A stretch of DNA of 64,000 bases, from positions 170,190,001 through 170,254,000 of the forward strand of contig OZ024740.1 in assembly GCA_964016885.1 (NCBI GenBank). Reading direction: 5' to 3'. Under the pieces are notes generated by a model that was not told the origin of the DNA, did no database searches, and saw nothing but the letters and a program-made list of their open reading frames with translations. Positions 11,618 to 24,745 of the stretch are shown here, one piece after another; the stretch's first letter is position 1, and each line of letters opens with the position of its first letter. Origin of the DNA: Eledone cirrhosa (lineage: Eukaryota). The position numbers and the translations under genes are program-made.

Positions 11618-12070
11618 CAATATATTAACAAATGGAAACTATATTTATAAAACCATATTTATTTCATTATACATATTTCAAGGGCCACCAGAGCAAACTA
11701 TGGTGCGCTTTCATCAGATAAAATATAATATAGGTTAGTTTTATAAATAAATATTGACATACCCTTAAAAAATGCAACCATTCTGGCTGGAATCTCCTAG
11801 AAATTCCAACCAGAATGGTTGCATTTTTTAAGGGTATCTCAATATTTATTTATAAAACTAACCTATATTATATTTTATCTGATGAAAGCGCACCATAGTT
11901 TGCTCTGGTGGCCCTTGAAATATGTATAATGAAATAAATATGGTTTTATAAATATAGTTTCCATTTGTTAATATATTGTATATTTACTCAAATAATTTGT
12001 TGAGTGCTTTATACCAGTTATAAAAATATTTTGCTTGTTGTATCCCAACAAATTAAATATAACCTTTACA
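11613..12070. mobile_element. Inverted pair of Penelope-like pLTR fragments (palindrome 11613-11983) with an HHR in each arm
   Basis: Arms of ~180 bp with 2 mismatches seen, homologous to the pLTRs at 16640 and 20150. CTGATGA at 11879 and GAAA at 11917 (+); mirror image at 11711 (-). Confidence 0.85.
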
Positions 12071-12077
12071 TATATAC

Positions 12078-12188
<111 letters not shown>

Positions 12189-12399
12189 TGTGTTTGTGTG
12201 TGTGTTTCATGGGGAAGAGAAAGAGAAAGAATGAAGAGAAAAAAGGAAGCAAAAAAAACGAAAGGACCAGAAATAATAGGATTTCGTTGAAAGGCAATAA
12301 ATTAAATTGAGGAACAAAATTTTAGAGTTATCTCAACTGAAACCAACAACAGAGGAGACAAGCGGGCGCCCGGACGAATAAAAGTGTCGGGAGAGAATG

Positions 12400-12960
12400 G
12401 CGTGTAAGAAGTGAGTTAATTAATGTAGAATGGATATAGAGACAGGGGATCTAATTACTGTCAGTCCGGGTGATACTTAGTGAAAGTTTTTAACGCCTTA
12501 TGTTGGTAGTTGAAGTTTCTGTCATGTCGCGAGTTCAGCATATGAGATCCAGTCATATCTCCAGCATTTCTACCACACAAAGATTGCAAGAGTGTGTTTC
12601 GTTTTGTTATGGACGGGTGAATCGTAACACTGACCAAGAATGTGTGTAATCTATATTATCCCGTTTTTAATCAAAGATTTTTGGGCTCGGGCAGTGGATT
12701 TACGTAGCTCTGGATTCTTGAATGAATGGGTGTGCATATCCCATCTTTTTAAAATAAAGTTGGATGTGGTACCCACATAAATTCATATCCCCAGTTCTGT
12801 TTTGACTACACAATGTTAAACGATGTCTTTATACATACATTTTCCCTTTCACTCTTACTCATTCACTAGTCGAATTTCTTCGATCCAATGAACAGTACTC
12901 TACCCTGATCTTGTTTTAGCATTCATCTCAAACACAATTGGTTTGACCTACACAAACGAC
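12400..12960 (-). pseudogene. Possible decayed LINE 3' fragment
   Basis: Weak CxxC..H zinc-finger-like reading on the reverse strand near 12530-12600. Confidence 0.3.
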
Positions 12961-12977
12961 ATTTTATTTATCTTCTA

Positions 12978-13124
<147 letters not shown>

Positions 13125-14998
13125 AAAGAAATGAAATTTCATTTCTCATTCTTAGTACGGCTGATACTTAAATGTAAGTATGTATACGTTCATACATATA
13201 TGCATACAGACGTACAGTAGTATGTATATATATACATACATGCACACGTATATATATGTACCTTTTTTTCAGAACATTTATTATAATGTTCGGTTTGTTT
13301 GCAAACAAACAGCCCGAATTAAGCCATACAGTGTTCGGCAACCATCGTTGCCCTTTTGTTCAACACTGACAAAGGAACGATGAACTAGTTTCAAACTTGT
13401 TAGCTATCGTCAGCATCGTATACCTTTCTGTCAGATGATTGAACGTTTGAAAGTATATACTTTCCTTATGCATATTAGCGGGTGAGCAGCCTAATTTGCA
13501 TATCGAGTGAGTTAATCGGGCCGGCGTACCGAAAACGATAAATGGAAAAGAATGAGATGAAATGAAATTTCTCACTCTTAGTACGGCTGATACTGAAATG
13601 TAAGTATGTATACGTACATACATATATGTATACAGACGTACGGTAGTATGTATATATATACATACATGCATATATATATATATATGTACGTGGTGGGTTT
13701 ACCGAACATTTATTAAATTGTTCGGTTGGTTTGCAAACACACATGCCGAATTAAGCCGTACAGTGTTCGGCAACCATCGTTTCCTCTTTGTTCAACAATG
13801 ACAAAGAGACGATGAACTAGTTTCAAGCTTATTACCTATCGCCAGCATCGTATACCTTGCTGTCAGATGATTGAACGTTTGAAAGTATATACTTTCCTTA
13901 TGCATATTAACGGCTGAGCCACCTAATTTGCATATCGAGTGAGTTAGTCCGACGGGCGTACCAAAAATGATAAATGGAAAAGAAATGAAATTTCATTTCT
14001 CACTCTAGTACGGCTGATACTTAAATGTAAATATGTATACGTACATACATATATATATACAGACGTACAGTAGTATGTATATATATGTATACATATATGT
14101 ATGTATGTATACATACTTACATTTAAGTATCAGCCGTACTAAGAGTGAGAAAGGAAATTTCATTTCATTCTTTTCCATTTATCGTTTTCGGTACGCCCGG
14201 CCGACTAACTCACTTGATATGCAAATTAGTCTGCTCAGCCGTTAATATGCATAAGGAAAGTATATACTTTCAAACGTTCAATCATCTGACAGGAAGGTAT
14301 ACGATGCTGGCGATAGGTAATAAGCTTGAAACTAGTTCATCGTTCCTTTGTCAGTGTTGAACAAAAGGGCAACTATGGTTGCCGAACATTGTACGGCTTA
14401 ATGCGGGCTGTTTGTTTGCAAACAAACCGAACATTATAACAAATGTTCGGTAAACCCGTACGTACATATATATATATATATGTGCATGTATGTATATATA
14501 TATACATACTACTGTACGTCTGTATACATATATGTATGTATGTATACATACTTACATTTAGGTATCAGCCGTACTAAGAGTGAGAAATAAAATTTCATTT
14601 CATTCTTTTCCATTTATCGTTTTCGGTACGCCCGCCCGATTAACTCACTCGATATGCAAATTAGTCTGCTCAGCCGTTAATATGCATAAGGAAAGTATAT
14701 ACTTTAAAATATTCAATCATCTGACAGAAAGGTATACGATGCTGGCGATAGGTAATAAGCTTGAAACTAGTTGATCGTTCCTTTGTCAGTGTTGAAGAAA
14801 AGGGCAACGATGGTTACCGAACACTGTACGGCTTAATTCGGGCTGTTTGTTTGCAAACAAACCGAACATTATAATAAACGTTCGGTAAACCCGTACGTAC
14901 ATATATATATATATATTTATGTGTGTATGTATGTATATATATACATACTACTGTATGTCTGTATACATATATGTATGTACATATACATACTTACATTT
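13125..14998. repeat. Tandem and inverted array of a 426-435-bp HHR-containing unit (two-plus copies on -, two on +)
   Basis: Anchor GTACGGCTGATAC at 13155, 13581 and 14008; its reverse complement at 14127 and 14562. Confidence 0.92.
13357..13445 (-). ncRNA. Type I hammerhead ribozyme, intact core
   Basis: Reverse strand reads ACGATG-CTGACGA-TAGCTAACAAGTTT-GAAA-CTAG-TT-CATCGT. Stem I is extended by AAGG/CCTT, CTGACA/TGTCAG and GTTCAA/TTGAAC. Confidence 0.8.
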
Positions 14999-15014
14999 AT
15001 ATATATATATATAC

Positions 15015-15134
<120 letters not shown>

Positions 15135-15663
15135 ATCAGTTACATATATATATATATATATAACTGAAAAAACCTATGTCCAGAGGGGTGTATATGAAAA
15201 GCATTAAGCATGTAGATATGTAGATATTAAACAATGAAGGTGGTAGCATTATTGACACATTGTTTTATCATTGCCTACCTCTACAACCAAATCACTGACA
15301 GTCAATTTAATTCTTATAGCTTATAATACTCAAATATTAACAATACCATTCAATCCATACGTGCTCAATGAAGGGGAGCGCTGTGGGAAACGATGCATTC
15401 TACACACAGGTAGGTAAATTTGGCGGACCTAGTTATGGAATCATATGCAATTAGTATATATATATATATATCGTATGTGCAGATTTATGCGTGTACAATC
15501 AATACAATAGATTTGCACAAGTTGAACCCATTCTTAAGTTAATATAGACCAACTTTACATATACATATGTATATTATATATCTGTACTAATTTCAGACAT
15601 TTCGGTGTGTATTACTTACTGTATATGTATGTAACTATATATATATATATATATATATGTGTG

Positions 15664-15755
<92 letters not shown>

Positions 15756-15837
15756 CGTGTGTGTGCGTGTGTGTGCGTGCGTGTGCGTGCGTGTGCGTGC
15801 GTGTGTGTATGTGTGTATGTATATATATATATATGTA

Positions 15838-15900
15838 TATCAATGATATTAATAAATGGAAACTATATTTATAAAACCATATTTATTCTATTAAATATAT
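15838..15900 (-). mobile_element. Inverted pLTR fragment related to the downstream Penelope-like element
   Basis: Reverse complement of 20253-20312. Confidence 0.75.
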
Positions 15901-15904
15901 TAAG

Positions 15905-16444
15905 TAGTATGTATATATATACATACTACTGTACGTCTGTATACATATATGTATGTACGTATACATACTTACATTTAAGTATCAGCCGTACTAAGAGTGA
16001 GAAATTAAATTTCGTTTCATTTTTTCCATTTATCGTTTTCGGTGCGCCGGGCCAATTAACTCACTCGATATGCAAATTAGGCTGCTCAGCCGTTAATATT
16101 CATAAGGAAAGTATATACTTTCAGACGTTCAATCATCTGGCAGGAAGGTGTACGGTGCTGACGATAGTTAATAAGCTTGAAACTAGTACATCATTCCTTT
16201 GTCAGTGTCAAACAAAAGGGCAACTGTACGGCAACTGTACTAATTCGGGATGTTTGTTTACAAACAAGCCGAGCATTAGAATAAATGTTCGGTAAATCCA
16301 TACGTACATATATATATGTGTGCATGTATGTATATATATACATACTACTGTACGTCTGTATACATATATGTATGTACGTATACATACTTATATTTAAGTA
16401 ACAGCCGTACTAAGAATGAGAAATGAAATTTCGTTTCATTTTTC

Positions 16445-16447
<3 letters not shown>
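15905..16447 (+). repeat. ~1.25 copies of the ~430-bp HHR unit
   Basis: CTGACGA at 16158, GAAA-CTAG-TA at 16179, octamer at 16070. Confidence 0.88.
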
Positions 16448-16526
<79 letters not shown>

Positions 16527-16941
16527 TGTATGTGTGATTGTAGACACTTGACCATTTTTGCAGACCTCACCAATGAATACCCATTGGTTTGCCTGGAATA
16601 AATGAACTTTAAAAATTAGAAGTGTCTCTCAGCGTGTTCAACCGATAAGGTATGATTTTCATGGGTATATCTCTATTTGTAAAACAAACTTTGTATTTTA
16701 TATGAGGAAAGCGTACCAATCTGTCTTGGTACCCTTGTAATAATAATAAAATAAATATGGTTTTATAAATATAGTTTCCATTCATTATATATCATTGAAT
16801 ATTTACTCCACACTGTTGAGTGCTCTAAATCAGTTATAAACATTTATATTTTATCGGACTTCCAATAAATTAAATACCACTTCTACTTATAAATAGCTCC
16901 TTTAATGTTGAGCACTTTAAATTATAACTGATTGCTAAATA

Positions 16942-19165
16942 ATGGAATTCTTTAGGATTTCTTCTTCTCTAAAAGATGTACCTTTACCTAAGAATAAGGA
17001 CTATGTAAAATAACTCATTGAGAAATCTGACTCCTCTATACGAAGACTTAGATGGTGTGCCTTCCATTTAGATAGAAAATCGTATGAAAAAACAAATAAA
17101 TCCAGTTACAACTTAGATATGATCTTCAAATCCAAGAAAAATCCACCTAACAACAAACTATTAATGGAATTTGAAAATGAAATAATATCGATTATACAAA
17201 ACATCAAATTCAAGAAAAAGCAATTTGTAGGCCAGGAATACCTTAAAGGCCTCAAGAATAATATAGACAATCTTGAAAAAACTGAGAAGATCCTCGTAAA
17301 ATCTGACAAAACTAACAATCTATACGGAATGCAAAAGGACGAATACAATAACCTTATATCGAAAGAACTAAGGAAAAACTACAAAATAACAACTAATGAA
17401 GATCTTGAAATGGTAAATAGAGAAGCTTCTGAAATAATTCATAAATTAGGCATCGAAAATAGGACCGACCCCTTTATACCTAGAAGACCGAAAATTAACC
17501 TGAAAGACCACAAAAGAAACTTTGAAATAGAACTACCAGTCAGACTTATAGCACCATCTAAATCAGACTTAGGCATGGTTAGTAAACATATATTAGATAG
17601 AATTATACCGCAACTTAAAGAAATATCTTACCTAAAACTATGGAACGGTACTAACAAAGTTATAGATTGGTTCAATAACATAAAATTTAAATATAACAAA
17701 AAATTCACTCAAATGCAAACTACTACTCCTCTATTACTCCTAGTTTACTTAATAGGGCTCTTATCTATGCATCTAAACATACAGATTTATCTAGCGAAGG
17801 AATGCATATCATTTTAACTGCACGGAAAACTTTAATTGAATTCAACAATCATCTCTGGACAAGAGCCGATAGAAAAATTAATTTTGATATCACCATGGGA
17901 TCATCTGACTCGGCGCAAATAAATATTGTGGGGCTATTTATTAATAATACACTGCATAGAAAAATACCAGAGATGACCGGTGGTTTATATCGTGATGATA
18001 TGCTGCTTTTAATTGAAAATCATAGTAATTGTGAAATTAATAGGAAAAGAAAATCCATAATACAATTCTTCAATAGCTACAACCTTAAGTTAGAAATAGA
18101 GAATAACTATAAAATTGTTAACTTTTTAGACGTAACATTAAACCTTAATACAGGGCTCTACTATCCATTTCATAAAATTAATGAGAATCTAAACTATGTA
18201 AGTTTTAACTTTGATCATCCTAGATCTATCAAGAACACTATGTCAATTCTGTCCAACAACGGATTTCACGCATCTCCGCTAATAAAACATGTTTGACGAT
18301 AAGGCAGAATATTATAATGAAGCTTTAAATAGAGCAGGCTATATAAATAAGATTAAATACATCGACAACAGTAATAATGCAAACCACCCTACTATTAATT
18401 GTAATAATAATAAAAAATGTAGCTTAAACTCTAAAACTAACAGAAGAACTAGAACTAGAAATATTATTTGGTACTCACCCCCATTCTCATTAAGCGTAAA
18501 AACACCTGTAGCAAAGCTATTCTTTAAAGCACTAGATAAATGTTTTCCTAAAGCCCACAGATACCACTCAATCTTTAACAGACATACTATAAAACTATCC
18601 TACTACACTACTATGAACATAGCACAAAATATAAATAGAATTAATAATAGAAATTTAAACCCTATCCAAAATAACCAATATAGCAGTAATAACTCTAACA
18701 ATATCCAACATAATAGTACCGTTCCGAACAACAACTCCGCAAAATGTAACTGTAGAATTAAATCAAACTGTCCTTTACAAAATAAGTGTTTAGATAAAAA
18801 CGTGGTCTATAAATGCACAGTTAAAACTAGTGATAATATATTTAACTATGTCGGTGCAACTTCTACAGAATTTAAAATTCGCTGGAATAACCACAATTGT
18901 TCTTTCCGAAGATTTGATAAAAAATCTTCAACTTCTCTTTCAAACCTGACTTAAAATGCAAGAATTTAAAATGCAAGAATATGGACTATTCATTAGCTTG
19001 GGAAACAGTTTCAAAAGCACCCGCGTACCGAACACAGCTCTATCTAGATTCTGCAAATTGTGTATTGAGGAAACTTTTTAAAATGTAAAACCTCTATTAA
19101 TCTAAGAACGAATTTATTTAATTCTTGTAGACAACACCAGAATTCAACATTCAAAACTATATATA
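16942..19165 (+). pseudogene. Penelope-like RT + C-terminal GIY-YIG endonuclease (stops and frameshifts)
   Basis: KSDKT, FDITMGS, GLYRDD, VNFLDV, WYSPPFS, CNC..CPL..C, VVYKC..YVGAT..FKIRWNNH. Confidence 0.92.
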
Positions 19166-20205
19166 ACTTATAATTATACTTATAATATTTTTACTTCTAT
19201 CCATAACAATCTCACTTGGTTTTAATATATTGATATCTCTAAATCATAATATCTATAACATTTGCTGTAATTCCACTTCTTAAAGTTTCATAAAATATAT
19301 ACGTATATAATTCTAATTTTTTTTTAATTTTAATTTTAATAATTTTTATTTCTTTAATTTTTATTTCTTTAAAAATTACTTATCTCTTATAAATTATTTA
19401 AAAAAAAAAAATTACTTATCTCTTATGAATTATTTAAAAAAAAAAAATTTCTAAAATTTTTCAATATTTTTTCAATACTTTTTCAATATTTTTTCAATAC
19501 TTTATCAATAATTTTCAATATTTTTTCAATAGATTTATAACCACTAACTGATTTTGGCTAAATGTATCTTTCAACATCTATACTTATTTTGACTAAATCG
19601 TCCCACACTAACGAATAAATAAATTAAACCGGAGTTTTTTCCGTATCTTCCCATTTTAAATCATATAAATATAAATATTCTTCTTAACTCAGTTAATTTA
19701 ATTTAATTTAACTTAATATTTATTTACATTAAATAAAACATCAATCTCCCTCATAACTCATTAGAACAATTATCTATAACATGATATACACATCTATTTA
19801 TTTATTTATTTATTTATGTATTTATTTATTTATCTACTTATAACAGAAGAAACATAATATATTATAAACAAATGTTAAACAACTAATAATCGTAAATACA
19901 CGTACTATTAAGATATATACTTAGAATATATTTCCCTCAAATTAACGTTATATGAGTTTTTATTCATCTTCTCTTGTTTCTTTCTTCTCTCTCTCTCTCG
20001 CACTATTTTATCCTTCTCCTCTTATCTCTTCTCTCTCTCTCCATAGTCGTTTAAATAAACGGTTGTTTTTCAATTATTTACATATTCATTTGCATATTCA
20101 CCCATAAGTTTGAAAAATCCATAATATATTTCCACTATCCAGAGAATATCCAACCGATAAGGTATGATTTTCATGGGTATGTCTCTATTTGTAAAACAAA
20201 CTTTG

Positions 20206-20268
20206 TATTTTATCTGAGGAAAGCGTACCAACATGTCTTGGTACCCTTGAAATATATATAATAAAATA
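20206..20268 (+). ncRNA. Minimal hammerhead ribozyme in the 3' pLTR
   Basis: TATTTTAT-CTGAGGA(20214)-AAGcgTACCA..TGGTAccCTT-GAAA(20249)-TATATA-TA-ATAAAATA. The 5' pLTR copy is mutated (ATGAGGA, GTAA). Confidence 0.72.
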
Positions 20269-20329
20269 AATATGGTTTTATAAATATAGTTTCCATTTAT
20301 TTTATATCATTGTATATCATATATATATA

Positions 20330-21151
<822 letters not shown>

Positions 21152-22077
21152 CGTGTGTGCCTGTGTTTGTGTGCATGCATGTATATATGTTTATAATTAA
21201 TGATTTCTCTTATTTCATATTGATTTCCAAATAACAATAATGATAATAACAAACAACAGTAACAACAGCAAAAATAAGGCTTCTTTCCTACTACACCTAT
21301 CTCTTGTTCTCATTATCTCTCACTCTTACCACATATTATATATTCTCTCACCGCTCCCCCTCATATTTACTCTTCCTTTATCATCCATCGTGTCTATCAC
21401 CTCCTACCTCTGATACACCTATATACTTAAACAGACCATTACTTCATTACCTCGCCTGTCTTCTTTTTGCTTTTTGCTTTTGCTTTGTTTTGTTTGTATT
21501 TTTATTATTACCTCCCAGTTTAATATAATTAAAGCTGAACGAGAAATATAACAACAACTGTTTCACACGAGTTTTACATTATATGATTAAAGAATATTAC
21601 AATAGCCATTACAACTCTTCATCCGTAACAAGGTACCAACTTGCTTCCCTTTTTTTTTACTAATTTTATTTTGCCTGTTTTAACTTTTACTTGCCTTTCA
21701 ATTTTGGCTTAGAAAATCAATGAGATGAGGATTCGCTTAATGGAGACTGCGAGTATATATATTTTCCCGTGTTACTGTGCGGTTTTTTCCCCTTATTATT
21801 GTATTTGCTTTATTTGTTGTTATTGCTACTGTTGTAGGGAGAATAATTATAAGGTTGTTGTTGCTGTGTGGTTTGTTTGTGAGTATGTCGGTGTTTCTGG
21901 GTGTGTAGTGAAACGTGTAAGAGAAGTAGGTTTTGCATTGAAAGGAACCAGGGATGGGAAACGTAACGAATAGTTGCAAATGTATGTTTGTAATATGTAA
22001 ATATATATGTATATGTGTGTGTATGTATATGTGAATATATATGTATATAAATTTAAATATATGCATATATATGTATG

Positions 22078-22125
<48 letters not shown>

Positions 22126-22172
22126 CATACATATATATGCATATATTTATATTTATATACATATATATTCAC

Positions 22173-22251
<79 letters not shown>

Positions 22252-22252
<1 letters not shown>

Positions 22253-22277
22253 TAAAGCTTGTTGAATCCCAACAAAT

Positions 22278-22347
<70 letters not shown>

Positions 22348-22373
22348 ATTTGTTGGGATTCAACAAGCTTAAA
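22252..22373. repeat. Short inverted repeat around (TA)n; arm matches the pLTR-distal sequence at 12033-12060
   Basis: AAGCTTGTTGAATCCCAACAAATTAAA-(TA)n-TTTAATTTGTTGGGATTCAACAAGCTT. Confidence 0.9.
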
Positions 22374-22564
22374 AATATATATATATATATATGTAAGTGT
22401 GTGTGTATGAGTGTGTGTGCGCGCGTGTGTATTTAAGTAAGTGCGTATGTATGTGGAGGGAGGGCTTCATTGGGAGTATGTGTGCATATATATTCGTAAG
22501 ATTACGGTATGAGGAAAAGGTGATACTAGTTTATGAAAGAAATAACGAGAAAAATATATAAAAG

Positions 22565-22659
<95 letters not shown>

Positions 22660-24745
22660 GAGTATCTATGTGTGTGCGCCACTATATGCAAGAATATGCC
22701 AATAATTATATAGTATAGGATTATCTAAATTCACTTCATTGAGAATATCCATGTAGATACCCTCAGAATGATAAACACAAACACACATATTATATATATA
22801 TATACATATAAGTTTAGGAATAACCAAAGAGTGCTTAGAAATACATTGTTTTATTTGCTAAGTGTTTCATCCATACCCTATGGCAGGAATCATCAGAGCT
22901 TATAAACAGAAATATATCAAAGGTTGCAGGCTCCGTCAAGCTCAGTCACCAGGACAAGGATAAAGGACAAGTAGGGGGTCCCAAGGCCAGCGCTATATAG
23001 AAAAACACAATACATGACGCACATGTCATAAAATGTCATAAAAAATTTACATCAAAAGTTTATCACATAAATGGTGCAATAGATGATAAGGAGGTTGAGA
23101 AAGGATAGCAAGAAGTGAGTGAGGGTGTTACCCAGCATGATAAAAAAACAACAAAAAAAACAAACAAATCATACATACTTCAATTCACAAGCAGTGCAAA
23201 TACAGGATGTACAGGCAGAGAATGAAAGCTTGTAAGCATGAGTTCGTGAAAAGAAAAGTTGCTTAGCTGTGGTGCAGCTTTACACGTAGGATTGTCTATA
23301 GGGAGGATGGTGCACTCCAGTTATATCACCTTGTAACAGGTCGATTTCTCCATATCATACCAACACTCTCCATCCATCGGTTCCAGTTCCAATCGTTAGG
23401 CGATATAACACTATGTCTCCAAAACATATACCCAGAGGATTTCTCCACATAGGCAGTCTGCAATAAATACCTTAAATCTAAAATAAAGAAAAGTACGATG
23501 AGGTGAAGCAGAGAAGGGTACATGTACAGCCAGCACTCCAGTGAAGAAAGTGAAAATAAGACAGGTCCGCAATATCTGCTATCTCCCAAATTCCTAACGT
23601 TCGGTCACGCAACCCAACTTCCCAAGTGAAATACACTGTATGGCCGAGTCGGCATCGAACTAAAGTGGCATACCATATGCAAATATACCACAGTAAATGT
23701 TATTCGTAATGGCTAGTCAGTCGCGTAGACAGAAAGTGTATATAGAAAACTCCGCTTACGGAATTACCTATGGCAGAGTGAAGGAAAAGCAGTTATGGTT
23801 ACATTAATAAGCGCGTTTATTAGAGTGAGTGCAACATTTCTGTTGTGTGCAGATATTGTAGGATATATAGTAAACTCACGGCTAAAACTGTTAATGACAA
23901 CTATGTTGTTTACAAGTCCGCCACGTGGTTTTCCTGTAGATTACTGAATCCAGAGGTAGCAATCCTTTCACAGTCGGGTATAACCCCTCCTGGGTCGGCT
24001 GGAAGTCAGTATCAACCGTCGCATGCAGCACAATTCATATTCCACAATTTCAAATTTCAAATGTTACCCTTTCGCTAGTAACACACAACGGTTGTCAGAA
24101 TACAAACTCAGGAAGTCGTTGTGTGCTTATGAAAAGTATGGGAGGCAATTCGCGTCATAAAGGGCGGGTTCATTAGATATCCCCGGAACGCTTGGGGCAA
24201 ATCATTTGTTCGATTCAAACCCGTCAGCGACCAAATACCCATTCCTTCTGGGGTTTGATCGATCCTGTGGCACTTAGTCCACTCGATTTGCCCATATTGT
24301 TCACTATACTATGTTGGATCTATCTCTCACCCTAAAGTCAAGGTTACCTGGACCCCAGATGCTCAAGCCAACCGCCTTATAGCTTCGGCCGAGTTTGTTG
24401 GGCTTTCGACAAACTATTTGGCTGTGGTATCAGTTAGCGCACTATGGGTATGATGATAAACCATATCCCTTTGGTTAGTATGGGTAGGTACCTGTACAGG
24501 GTCGAACTGTGCTTGGTATAGTGAAAAGCCTTAAGTTGGTTGTACCCTATGGGTTATTGTCTTATGGTAAAAGGATGGATTAAGGAAAGAGGAAGAAGAA
24601 ATAAGAGAGAAGGGAAGAGAGAAATAAAAGAGGGGAGGAGCTTATATACACTTGAAGGGCAGTTATGGTTACAGATGAACCAGGAGCAAGGGTGGTGTGG
24701 TTTTACGTAGGCCTGATAGGAGGAAGGTTTGTATGCCCTACAGCG

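Larger units (their letters stand above)
16640..20312 (+). mobile_element. Penelope-like retroelement with direct pLTRs (16640-16797 and 20150-20312)
   Basis: The repeat CAACCGATAAGGTATGATTTTCATGGG..TATATCATTG occurs at both ends. Internal RT/GIY-YIG ORF and a long AT-rich 3' UTR. Confidence 0.92.

Noticed and set aside
14286-14295. CTGACAG(A) as the HHR core of the ~430-bp unit
   Set aside because: It pairs with TGTCAG as part of extended stem I; the downstream CTGACGA/CTGGCGA gives the canonical geometry.
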